A stretch of 64,000 nt of DNA, taken from assembly GCF_037042905.1 (NCBI RefSeq), contig NC_087245.1:27468001-27532000 (forward strand), written 5' to 3'. Numbering within the stretch: position 1 is the first letter of the stretch; each line of letters begins with the position of its first letter. The translations under genes were made by a program, and so were the position numbers. The notes under the pieces were generated by a model. That model ran no database searches. It had not been told where the DNA came from and saw only the letters and a program-made list of their open reading frames with translations. This document shows positions 27,043 through 40,600 of the stretch, piece after piece. Source of the DNA: Lytechinus pictus (lineage: Eukaryota).

Positions 27043-27076
27043 CTGTGCTCAAACAAAGTTTAATTAAAGAGAAGTG

Positions 27077-30000
27077 ATGGCCGCGGCCTCTGTGGATGCA
27101 CCGGAACAGGTACAGGACGAGCTTGAGGATAATAAGATCAAGCTCATAACAGAAGTCTACAGACCTATACTTATAGAGAATCTCGATGTGAGTGATATTG
27201 CAGAACATCTGAAGGTTCAGTTTGTTGGGAGAGATGACGGGGACGGCAGTCATGGTACGTATCACCTTTTCAATCATAATCATGGATATTGTGACGTAAA
27301 TCATTTCTTAAGTCAACTAATCTAATTCATAAAGCGTATTGTTTATGCTGATCACATACTTCAAAAACTTAATGTGTTGTCGGTATTCTTAAAAAAAAAC
27401 ACGTCTCGTGCTCTTGTTAATATTTACCCCCCCCCAAAAAAAAAAAATGTCTTGATTTTGAAAAAAAATCATACCGTCATAATTGTTAATTCATGATAAA
27501 CTTAATGTCTGAGTGGTTTATTATTATAATACTGAAATAAGAACTTCAGCGAAAATTGCATGATAACAATATTATTCATTTAAATTTAACGTTCCCTTTT
27601 GTAAAGAAATTGTTTAACATCCAGATCGTTCCATGCATCGTATAGGCTTATTTGTGCTAGAAGAAGAATCTATAATTAAATGATTAATTCTATAAATCGT
27701 TCACGGTTGTTTGGACATGTTGGAAGTGAGTATCTTGTACATAGAAGGAGAATGCCTGTATATTTCGCAGTAAATATGCAGTCATGGATATCCTCAACCG
27801 CGTAGCCAGGATTTCATTTTGGAGGGGGCGGTAAATGCACGCGAAGCGTGCCAACACTTACAGAGCGCGCGAAGCGCGCTCCCTAGGGGGTGGGTGCAGA
27901 GAGGGGGAGTTTCCCCCTCCCGCGCGAAGCGCGAAGCTTTTGGTGTTTCATAAATTAAAATGAAAAGGAACCGTCTCTCTTGTCTCTAGTACTTATATCA
28001 GCTCCAATTCAGTTGACTTTATTGTGATTTTGAACTTGTTTTTAAAAGTGATTGTGAACGCACAAAAAGGAATACAATGGAGGAAATTAAAATCATTATA
28101 ACCTCGCGCGAAGCGCGGAAGCTAAAGCGTTTTATCAATTTTTTTTGCCATGAAAAGGGTCCCGAGAAAAGGGTATTCTCAAAGATATATTGAATACTTC
28201 CTTGGAAATATCAGATTTGATTACAAACAATTTAGCGACAGTGCATATCTTTAACTCGCAAAACAGAGGAGAAGAAGTGTATATGCCGGGAGGAAGATAT
28301 TCCTCCCCGCGCAGAGCAATAAAACTCTGAAATTTCAAAGGGCGGACGTTTCATCAAATGCAGATATATCTAATACCCCATCGGCTCTAATTCAATTGAT
28401 TTCCTAAGATTATTGAACTTCATTACAAGGAAAATAGTGCGCAAAAAGTTGAAACTTCTGTGATTTATTAAAATAATATAAAAAAGGATGCCTAATTTCT
28501 TTGACTTATCCTGAAGCGCTTCATTTTTGTCTCACCTGCATAGCAGAGTGAGACTATAGGCGCCGCTTTTCCGACGGCGGCGGCGACGGCGACGGCGGCG
28601 GCGGCGGCGACGGCGGCGGCGGCGGCGTCAACACCAAATCTTAACCTGAGGTTAAGTTTTTGAAATGAAAGCATAACTTAGAAAGTATATGGACCTAGTT
28701 CATGAAACTTGGCCATAAGGTTAATCAAGTATTACTGAACATCCTGCCTGAGTTTCATGTCACATGACCAAGGTCAAAGGTCATTTAGGGTCAATGAACT
28801 TAGACCATGTTGGGGGAATCAACATCAAAATCTTAACCTAAGGTTAAGTTTTTGAAATGTCATCATAACTTAGAAAATATATGGACCTAGTTCATGAAAC
28901 TTATACATAAGGTTAATCAAGTATCACTGAACATCCTGTATGAGTTTCACGTCACATGACCAAGGTCAAAGGTCATTTAGGGTCAATGAACTTTGGCCGA
29001 ATTGGGGGTATCTGTTGAATTACCATCATAACTTTGAAAGTTTATGAATCTGATTCATGAAACTTGGACATAATAGTAATCAAGTATTACTGAACATCCT
29101 GTGCAAGTTTCAGGTCACATGATCAAGGTCAAAGGTCATTTAGGGTCAATGAACTTTGGCCAAATTGGGGTATTTGTTGAATTACAGCCATAAATTTGAA
29201 AGTGTGTTGGTCTAGTTCATAAAACTTGGACATAATAGTAATCAAGTATCACTGAACATCCTGTGCGAGTTTCAGGTCACATGATCAAGGTCAAAGGTCA
29301 TGTAAGGTCAAAGAACTTTGGCCACGTTGGGGGTATTTGTTGAATTGCCATCATATCTCTATAAGTGTATTGGTCTAGTTCATAAAACGTGGAAATAAGA
29401 GTAACCAAGTATCACTGAACATCTTGTGCGAGTTATAGTAGTTTTCAAAATCAGCACTGCTGCTATATTGAATCGCGTGATGCAGGTGAGACGGCCAGAG
29501 GCATTCCACTTGTTAATTATAAAGAAACCTAAGTGTCATTCAAAATTTCACACTGAGGGCAAAAACAGGACAGGAGATGAATGTGCAGGGAAATAACATG
29601 AAGATTAATAGAATTTGAAAAAAAATATTGTACTTTTTTATTTAATACGACACGAATTTTATACATTCCTCTTCAATTAGGAACCTGTTTGCCCCAAATT
29701 ATGGTTGTTTAGTAATGACCTGAAAAGCGGGAGAAGTTGACTTTATGGAGGTGACGGCAGAAATTGATATAAAGATTTTACCCGCCCGGAGCCGACCCGA
29801 CCAGAAGTTGCGCGATCAATAAAAAAAAAGATAACTTCATATACTTCGGCCTAACCTTACTCTAATTCCATGCCCTAATCTATACATTTGAACTTTAACT
29901 GGCAAGAAACACATATAGCTGAGGTGGAAAAGCAGAGTTAGAGAAAGGGTGGGGGAAACAATGGAGAACTTTTGTCATTTAACCGCGCGCAGCGCGGAAG

Positions 30001-31609
30001 CAAAATTCATATATAAATTTAAAGCAAGAGTGAAGGAGTTTCTCTTTTGAGAAAAAAAATAAAGAATAAAAAGAAAAAAAAACCGACAAAGCTACCTTTC
30101 TTCCCTTTCCTCCCTTCCCTTTTCCTTTTTTCCTCTTTTTCCCTTTTTTTTTTCTTTTTGGGGACGTTTTGGGGGGGGCGACCACCCCCACCGCCCCCCC
30201 CCCCCTGGCTACGCGCCTGGATATCCTGTCGATATACTAGATCTAATACACATTGCTATTCTATTCCTGTCTGCTTTCACCGGATAATTCTTTTTTTTTC
30301 TCTGTCATATTTATCTGGTTTTTTAAATTACATTCATCAGAGTTGGCATGGGGGGGGGGGGGGGTCCGGGGGATATAATGAGATCGAGCGAAAGCGTGTT
30401 CACTGCATGGGGGAATTTAAAGCGTATATGAACCACAGTAATTGTGGAAAACGCGACATGAAATATGTTATTTATCATAACAAATTAATGTAATTCTGAG
30501 TTTCCCATCCAATTTAGTTCAAAATAAGCTTCACCACAGCAACACTCGTTTCTACCGCCTACCGCCTATTTGCATGGAATGTAGGGGCTGCAGAACCGGG
30601 GGGGGGGGGGTGCTTAAGTCCCACCTTTTCAGACCAGTATATAGCCGGGGAGGGGGGATTCCCTGGGTTCCGCGTGAGAATTGTCTAAGGTCTAAATCGC
30701 GCTTCGCACTCGCATCACATCATCCTCTTCATGATGGTCCTATATGTGAAAATAGTGCTTAACATGTTCAACTCATTGTACACGCTTGCATTAATTTGAC
30801 TGAGATATACAGCTCGTTCTTTATTAAAGAAAACGAGGCTAACATGTCCAGTTTTCAGATTGGAATATAAAAAAGTTTCAGCTCGAGCTTTGTTCTTGCA
30901 TGTAGATATCAATTTCCTGTTAACAAAAAGTGCTATGAATTACCCGTTAAGAGGTCAAAATCGACAAAAATTTACCTTGGTATCGAATTATTTGGGAGAA
31001 GACACTCTTTCCAGCCATAAATTTATTATGTGTTTATGATATATTTATTCCATAAATGTGGGATTTGTGTCATTTTTTATCACTCCGTATATTGTTTGAT
31101 TTTTTTTTTGTCAACAGGGCCATGTTGGAAAACAGTGCACAGTATACAGGTATACATGGTATATTCGAACACGTCCTGTAAAAAATGTTTTGATGAAATG
31201 ACTGAATAAATGAATGAATGAAGAAATAGATAATTGAATGATTGAATAAATAATTGAAAGATAAATATCATCTTCGTTGTGTTGTTTGTTCTAGAGATGT
31301 TCAACGACGTTCTTGAGTTGATCGACACATCAAAGGCGACACGTAAAGAAATAACAAACAAATTCCTAGATGCACTCGATGCTAAGAAAGACAAAAGAGG
31401 GCTCTATCGCGCTGTTGTCGATGCTCTCTACCAATCAGGTAGGAATACAGCTCACCGGAAAAGTTTTAGAATATTCCTCATTGTTTTTATTGCTGTCTCT
31501 TTCTTTATCATTTTTTATAATGCAATAATTCATGTGATAACAAATTGTGTTTATTATCATTATTATTATTATCATCATCATCATCATTAGAAGTAGTAGT
31601 AGTAGTATA

Positions 31610-31642
<33 letters not shown>

Positions 31643-34600
31643 TTGATATATTCAGAATCATTACTATACTTATCATCATTGCCATAATGATTTTTATCAT
31701 GATTTTACTAATACTATTTCTACTATAAAGTTATTTGTTATTATAGCTATGATATACATGTTCGTGGAGGACTATACGTACGCAACTGCCAAACCAATGT
31801 GACACTGTTTTTCTACTTGACTTACTCTTATGTGACTGTGATATTTGAATATCCAATTGCTAAGTATTGGAGGGTAAGAGGCCAGGGACGGATGAAACTA
31901 GTGCTAAAAGTAATATGCATGAAGTATATTACAAGTTTATTAATATGATCTCCCGCTGGAAAAAAGTCAATTCCACCACAACAAAAAATACGATTTGAAT
32001 GAAAAGAGAAAAGTAAAAAAAAAATGCTGCATGTTGAAAATGTCATTAAAATAGGATCATCTAGAATTTCACTCATTTTCCACTAAACCGTTATTTACAC
32101 AAAACAGTGATATGTGAATGAGAGGGTTGATGGCCTCACTCGCTTCATTCTTTTGTATTCTGATTGTTTGAATTATACAATATTTCGTATTTCAGATATT
32201 TGGCAATAAAAAATCAAGCTCTTCCTTGAATCACATGACAGTTCCAGATGTTCAGAGAAAAAAAATGAGGAGAAGAAATGAGAATATTTCATGTTTTATA
32301 ATTAAATACGAAAGAAATTGTAAGAAGATGATGCCGATCATGCCGCAGGTTCTTTCTTTTACCTACCAATCAGGGTGTATAATATCATGAGGAAAAAATA
32401 GAATATATGCCATTTATGATGTCATAGGATGCATACCGACCCATACGTCCATATAATATTTATGTTAAAATACATCCGCTTTCGATGAAATTCTCATCAT
32501 TTTGCTTGTTTGAATAATATTATTTCATTCAAATCACCTTCTTGTTAGGGTGGACTTGTCTTGTCCGTTATGCTTACGCGCCTCAAATCCGCTGATATCT
32601 TACATGCAGATAACGATGCAATAGCACGCCATTTGGAGGGAACACGGCAACTCGACACAAAGAAAAGGGGACAGTATCGCTCTTTCCTTTGGCTCTACGC
32701 TAGTCTATTGGAGGACATCGAACCTCTCTGCCTCATTGTCGATCTGAAGGAATATCTAACGAAGCGAGATAGTGAAAAAATACGACAGACGGTACGATAC
32801 GTATATTAGGCCTATACTCCAAGTTTGTTTATCTCTGTTTATACAGACCCCCCTTCGGTCATTTTACTATTGTCATTCTTCACATCAGTTATACAGTGCG
32901 TCCCACAAAAAACGAAACCGAGATTTATCGATGATTTATCATAACTTAATCGCAAATACAATAAACAAATGACCTACCATTTTAAAGCTTAGAATCTCCT
33001 CTTTCATCTGAAATTACTTAGATTATTTCTCATTCACGCATGAGTGAGCAAAAACAATTTAAAAAGGGGATACCAAAAGTCACTTGGCGGGCCGTATCTG
33101 GGTTTTAAAAAGAAAACCACATTTTTGAAAAGTTCGATATCTGCTCTTTAATTTGATACCTCAATTACAGAAAATGGTCAAGAAATAACAAAGTTCTGGT
33201 TATTTGAAATAAGGCTTGAATTTCAATAATTTCATAAAATGAAGAGGTTTTACAGGCTAGCGTTCAAACTCACTCGACACTCCGTTTTGTTGACGATCAG
33301 CCATGCATTAAGTCTTTTGTTACCGTGCGATAGCTTCTGTGGGAAACCGGTGAAAACACGTTTATTTAATGAAATTATTGAAATACAAGCATTGTTTCGA
33401 GGGATCATAACTTTTTTACTACTTGACCATTTTCTGTGATTTAGGTATCAAAGAAAAGAGAAGATATTGAACTTTTTAGTCATGTGATTTTCTTTTTGAA
33501 ATTCAGACACCCCCGCCAAATGAGTTTTTGGCATCCTTTCTTCGAATTGTTTTTGCTCAATCATGCGTGAATGAGGAATAATCTAAGTAATACCAGATGA
33601 AAGAGGAGATTCTAAGCTTTACATTGGTAGGTCATTTGTCTATTTTATTTATGATTAAGTTATGATAAATCATCGCTAAATATCGGTTTCGTTTTTTCTG
33701 GGACGCACTGTATAAGCTTTAAACAAGAAATGTATAGTTACTGAATGAATCGATGCACGTAGTGGTGGGGGTCCTCCAAAAATATTGAATATACACCAAT
33801 CAACGGCGAAGGCTCGGCTCATCCTGAATATATCAATTAATATTACTAATCTTTCGAAGATTTTTTTAGATAAAATTTCGAAATACTTTGTGTATATAGA
33901 ATTCATGTCATGATTCCATTTATAATTTGTATATTGCGCTTTCTGTACAAATGGTTTGATCAATAATGTGGTCAGTTTTACGCCGCATGGCATGCATCTC
34001 GGAATTTATAGGTGACTTTAATTTTTGTTAAAACACTTCTAGGTGTGTAATCAAGGTAACTGTGCAGGCGCCTCAGAACTTCTCTTGAGACTGGACCGTA
34101 AATCAGAGGACTGCTTCAAAGAATTCATCCAGGCCCTTAAAAATCATGGCGTACACAAGCTTGCAAAGGAGATGGAGGACATGAAGAAGTTCGCCTTAGG
34201 AATCAGCGCAGATGATGATGATAATGATGCTGACAATGGTAATAATACCAATAGGCCTATAAAATTTCAAGGACCAAGCCAATCATATCCTTATTGTTAG
34301 TATAAAACTCGTCAAAATAAGTCTGGATATCTGCATTTTGAGACCTCGATCGATACCCTTTCCCCTATATACAGTAAAGGTATACTCTCATGTCATCGAC
34401 GAGATTTTTATAATGCTCTCTCTAATGAAAATAAAACCAAATAGGTCTAATATAAAAAAAAAAAATGTTTTATTTTCACTTACGACTGTATCCTATAATT
34501 TCTAAGGCTGTCTTTTTCCGATTACATAATCATGACAAGAAGGACCTTGCCATGAGAGGCTGGAACAACTTGAAACGAGGGTTGGGGCCGGGTTTGGTTT

Positions 34601-37600
34601 TTTTGTCTCACCTGCATAGCAGAGTGAGACTATAGGCGCCGCTTTTCCGACGGCGGCGGCGACGGCGACGGCGGCGGCGGCGTCAACACCAAATCTTAAC
34701 CTGAGGTTAAGTTTTTGAAATGACAGCATAACTTAGAAAGTATATGAACCTAGTTCATGAAACTTGGCCATAAGGTTAATCAAGTATTACTGAACATCCT
34801 GCCTGAGTTTCATGTCACATGACCAAGGTCAAAGGTCATTTAGGGTCAATGAACTTAGACCATGTTGGGGGAATCAACATCAAAATCTTAACCTAAGGTT
34901 AAGTTTTTGAAATGTCATCATAACTTAGAAAATATATGGACCTAGTTCATAAAACTTATACATAAGGTTAATCAAGTGTCACTGAACATCCTGCATGAGT
35001 TTCACGTCACATGACCAAGGTCAAAGGTCATTTAGGGTCAATGAACTTTGGCCAAATTGGGGTATTTGTTGAATTACAGCCATAAATTTGAAAGTGTGTT
35101 GGTCTAGTTCATAAAACTTGGACATAATAGTAATCAAGTATCACTGAACATCCTGTGCGAGTTTCAGGTCACATGATCAAGGTCAAAGGTCATGTAAGGT
35201 CAAAGAACTTTGGCCACGTTGGGGGTATTTGTTGAATTGCCATCATATCTCTATAAGTGTATTGGTCTAGTTCATAAAACGTGGAAATAAGAGTAACCAA
35301 GTATCACTGAACATCTTGTGCGAGTTATAGTAGTTTTCAAAATCAGCACTGCTGCTATATTGAATCGCGTGATGCAGGTGAGACGGCCAGAGGCATTCCA
35401 CTTGTTTTACATTAAACTTGTAAATTATCATTCATGTTAAAAAGGTATGTGTTACTGATGACATTCATTAAATCGATGCCGTTATTATAACACTTTGAAT
35501 AATAACCTTTCTGACATTTCGAACGATTTCATTCATCATAAACCCCCGGGAAGCCAGAACGTATATTCGTTTGTGGGGTAAAGACGAAAAGGACACTTAC
35601 CGGTACATGTCAAAATGAGCATTCTGGTGCAAACAGACATTTGCACATTGAGATTATCATCTGTGTGAAGTAGTTTTGTGTTTAGTGTAATTAAGTTGAG
35701 CAAAGACTTTTTGAAGTGATTTGTGATTGATATATATTTAGGTTTTATTTTTTCCGCGAGAGAGCGGAGCGAGCGATTTTCAAAAGTTATGATGTTGTAA
35801 AATCGATTTTTGGTCAATTATGGCGCTGTTTACTGTTGAATTGAATTTATTTCCGTTAAAAACAAATAACAATACATATAAAATGATACATGTGAATTGA
35901 TAAATGAAAAAAGGGCATGTCCTTTCGAGATATAGCGAGCGCAAATTGCGAGCTCATACTTTTGGACACTTGATGTAATAAGACATGAAAATTACACATT
36001 CCGAGTAGCTTTTGTAACCATGAAAAAGAGACGTATTTGACTATAGAATTAACGCGAGCGCGAAGAGCATGCTGAAAATTTTAATGTACTGACAAGATAA
36101 GGAACCTGTAAAAGACTGCATATAGTGACTCATGTATGAGATAATATCTCACCAATCGAATAATGCGAGCTGAAAATTGTGAAATTCCAACCTGAAAACT
36201 AGACATTCTAAGCATTTTGAAACCAGGAACAGAATGTGCACCTAAGTACTAAACAATTATCAATGCGAGTGCGAATCGCGAGCAAAACCCCCCAGATTTT
36301 CTAACCTATATAATGTTTTTCTTAAAAAAGGTTGTTTCATTTTGAAAAAGGGCACATTTCATTTCGAAAAAGGCATTTTTTCATACGGGGATTTTATTTA
36401 CTCATTTTTTTTTTTTTTTTGGGGGGGGGAGTGCCCCCGGTCCCCTCCCCCCGTTCCGCCGTCCCTGATAACCCCTTATTTCCCCTAAATTTGTAAACAT
36501 TCTATACGAATGAAAGCAATTAATTCCTTAAAGGCTCGCGTACTACGATCTTTTGTAGTATTATGTATAGTTATACTTGAAGACTTTTCAGTGTCTCATA
36601 ATAATAATGTTGCTCGCTTCGTTCACTCGCATGTTAATATGAATGGGTTATCAAACTCAAGTTTATGTCACAATAAAATAATGAAAACAGCCACCCAGAA
36701 GCATAATTCGTACACTTTCATCATAGGTTTGGGCAACGTTTGTATGCCTAATCGGTAGTATAATAAATAGTATAAATAGACCGTAATTTTGTGGTGCCCC
36801 CAAGAAATCAAAAGTATTTGGAAAGTTCAGTTCAATATACATGTATTATCATTCTCCTGTGCATCAAACGCTATTTAAAAGAGCAATATTATTATTATTT
36901 TTCCATAGCTTAGACAAGAACAGTCACCCGAACAAAACGAGCAAATTTTTATTTTTCTTCAAAATTCTAATTTTCAAATCCCTATATTGCAGGACTCGAT
37001 GGCGAGGATATTCAAGTAGTCGGCAACACAGAGAACACGAGAGAGGAGGAGTTAAAACAAATTAGTCTCAGTCTCTATGACTACCAAGAAGAGGTCCTCA
37101 CACCAGCCCTGCAGAGAAAGAACGCCATGGTTGTCCTACCGACGGGGACAGGAAAGACGGAAGTCGCCATCGCTCTAATAGATCGGTTGTTCCTAAACAG
37201 GGGCCCACAGAAAACTGTGTTCGTAGTGAACAAAGTAATAATCATCTCCTTACAATATATTATATCAATCTCACAGACAATGTAAAATTATTGAAGTTGC
37301 ATTATGGATGATGAGGAAAAAAAAACAAGGAATTAGACAAACGTACGTGTCCAAGATATAGCAGGGCATTTTAGCAATCACTTCGCAGAAGTTTTCTATA
37401 ACGCAAGAATCTCTTTTCAAAAGCCCATCATAACAAAGCAGTCTTTGTCTAAACTGCATTGTTGTCCTGGGAGTTTTTCATCAACATTTTTGTCTGACCC
37501 CTTGATTCTGATTGGCTGAGAGGGACTGTTACTATGGTAACTCTCGGATAAATCAGGTTGTCAGATAAAATGTCCGACAAGTCCTTTCATGTAACGCTCC

Positions 37601-40600
37601 CCTGGACTCTGGACAAACGACATATTTGTAATTTTTTGTCCGGACCGAAGCTTTAGATTATGTGCTTGTCCGATCTATTAACTTTCGACGATGAGCTCTA
37701 ATCTGTCAATTGTGTTTTGACGGGCATGTTCAATAGACTCTCATCGTTGCAGAAAGCATCCGCGAAGTGGATGCTAAAATACGCTAATGTCGAAAGATCA
37801 CAAAGACTACGAAAGTAAATATTTTGATTACATTAAATGATTATATTTATAAAAATATCATTACATTATTACATAGCGATTGGTAAACCCATAATTATTC
37901 GTAAATACACACTATCTTTTAGTCTCTTAAAATCAAATAGGAGTGTAGCAAAACGGTGTTACTGATGCGACCATGCTGCGATTTTGGAATCTGAAAGTTG
38001 ATCAAGTTGCATGAAGGCGATACGAGGTCTGAATACCACCGAGGCACACGTGGGGGATGTCAAGGGGGCACATGCTTCGAATGCTACCTACAGGGGGTGC
38101 AAAAAGAGAGAAATGAAAAAGGGAAAGAAATATGCAAAATGGGAAAGTACATGCCTGACCGAAGGTTCAACCAAAGAAGCCATATGCGTCATAAATTTGA
38201 AGGGACACAATCAAATTTTTTGATGAATTTTGACCCAATATTCAGAAAAAGATATCATATTTCACCTTTCTCTTTTCTCTTTTATTCTCAGTCATGATTT
38301 TTTTAATTATTATTTTTATTTTTTATTATTTTTTTTTTTTTGGGGGGGGGAGGGGGAGCCCCAAGCCCCCCATACGCCACTGTTGCTGTTGATATGAGCA
38401 AACCATTAACATGTTATCAAACTCTCTTCTTGGTATACAGGTTCCTTTAGTGAAGCAACAGAAGGACAGATGTCTGAAATACTTGGAAGGAAAATGCATG
38501 GTCGCTGGGGCAAGCGGCGAGGAGTTAAACCATGTGCCGTTAGACATCATCATAAAAAACAACGACATCGTCGTCCTAACGGCACAGGTGCTCGTCAACG
38601 CCCTAAAAGACGAGAACATTCAGCTTACACTCTCCGACATCGCACTCCTTATTCTTGATGAATGTCATCACTGCCAGGTAATCTTACTTTATTTGTTACT
38701 TCCCTAAGTTCTTAGGATCTGATGATAGATGATTAAAATTCTCACGGGGAGTCTTTATTCCTATTTTTCTGATCTTTCCTCCTGATCATAACTATGAAAA
38801 AATAAGTATTTCTAAGTATTTCTCAATTGTTAAACATACATATATGTTGGTTGTTTTAAATTATTATTTGATAAAATGTATTTGGTTTTACCTTAGTATT
38901 TAGCCTAAAATCTCAACTAATTATTTCTCAATTGTTATACATACATGTATTGTATGTTGGTTGGTTTAATCATTTGATAAAATGTATTTGGTTTTAGCTT
39001 AGTATTTAGCCTAAAATGAATAGAGTTTTCTATTTTTGGTGACATACTCGCAATAATGGAGAAAGCGGAAACTTTTTTTAATGGCTATCAACGAATACAT
39101 ATGTTTTCTAATGTCACTGAGATTTTGATATGGCTGTTTAAAAATGATTGTGTTTTTTATTTCTTGTTACAGAAATCCAATCCTTATAATGTTCTGATGG
39201 CGTTGTACAGAGATCTTAAACTCAATTTCCCTAGAAGGCCAAGACCACAGGTAATAAAGTATTTGTTATTATCACAAATAGCACTGGCCAAATTAAATAT
39301 ATATAGGCCAACCTATTATTTACCTTGAGTATGAAAACGAAAGATAATGATACTGAAAGTCAATGGGTCAACGCATTTTTGACAGTGATGATATATTCGT
39401 CAAATTTTCGTGGCTTATAATATACATGTATAATGGCTAATATATTTTTAATGAGCATGCTAGTTGTACCATTCTCCATCTGATTGCTGAGCGCAAAGCT
39501 ATAAGGCAGAGCATTCCATTTTTTCTTAAGTTTTTTTTTCTTGAGTCTGCGATCCCGGCCGGTCTGGCCGTGGTCGAACCTACGACCTCCCGCCAGTGGC
39601 GTACCAAGGATTTTCCAAGGGGGGGGGGGGGCAAATTCGTCCACCAAAAATTAGACAAGCAAAAAAAAAAAGAAAAGGTCTTCAACCACAAATAAAGGAT
39701 TTCGTACCAGAAAAAATTTTTACAAGCAAAAAAAAAAAAAAAAAGGTCTTCAAGTTCAAAGGAGCGTGCCACTTGTGGCTCGTCAGGGATCAGTTGTGAC
39801 TCGTCAGGGGGGGGGGCAGTCTGCCCCCTCTGCCCCCCCCCCCCGTAGGTACGCTAATGCTCCCGCCCATGAGGCGGGCGCTCTAACCATGGAACTATTA
39901 ATAGCTCCATGCTCTAACATTGATCTATGTCCGGTATTTGAGTTGTCCTTTATCTGATCATGATGTCCCCCAAGTTGCCAACGTAATCTCTCTATAATTA
40001 TTTCAAGATTCTTGGCCTGACAGCGTCCCCTGGTGTAGGTAATTCGAAGAATACCGCCCAAGCTGTGGAATACATCACTAAGCTATGTGCTAACCTAGAC
40101 TGTAGAATATCAAGACCAATCAATTACACTCGTAAGCTCGGTAACAAGAAAAACTCGCCCGAGGAGAGTAAGTTTACCACATTCTCATTAAAATAATTTT
40201 GTTTTGTTTTATATATTTTCCATATGAAATTAAAGTACAGCGTACATAATTAAACAGTTACAAATGCGAGTATTAACATGATATAAATACTTATAAAGAA
40301 AGTATATTTGCAAGAGATTGAATTGTTAACGTTTCATCGTAACTGAATATTTCAAGGCAATACGAGCATGACGAAAAACGAGTGCATCTCATTCCAGACC
40401 TTTTCGTGACACCGGACCTTTTCGCAAGTAAGAAAATACATTACTTGCAAAGTTAATTGGAGATGAAGTTCGTTAAAAAATCAAATGGGTTCAATGAGCA
40501 TTTAATCTCCTAACGATTGCATCAAATTTAGAATTCATGCATTAATTTCTTTTCATTTTACAGTCCAGAAAATAGTGAAAGGAAGATCACTAGAAGATGG

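Noticed and set aside
27215..27216. Alternative RLR exon 1 donor AAG|GTTCAG
   Set aside because: Phase 0 is incompatible with the phase-1 acceptor at 31295; CATG|GTACGT at 27254 fits.
28492..28674. Recurring [23 protein letters not shown]... (also at 34502 and 52137) as a small gene family
   Set aside because: It is the translation of the HINE terminus and (GGC)n microsatellite; the C-termini differ with the flanking DNA.
39545..39897. tRNA gene
   Set aside because: Only degenerate A/B boxes, interrupted by a MITE, with no complete cloverleaf; it is a SINE head.
39251..40563. Apparent missing helicase motif III or phase break suggesting an RLR pseudogene
   Set aside because: Exon 40008-40167 (ILGLTASPG...) is present but absent from the ORF track; it restores the frame.
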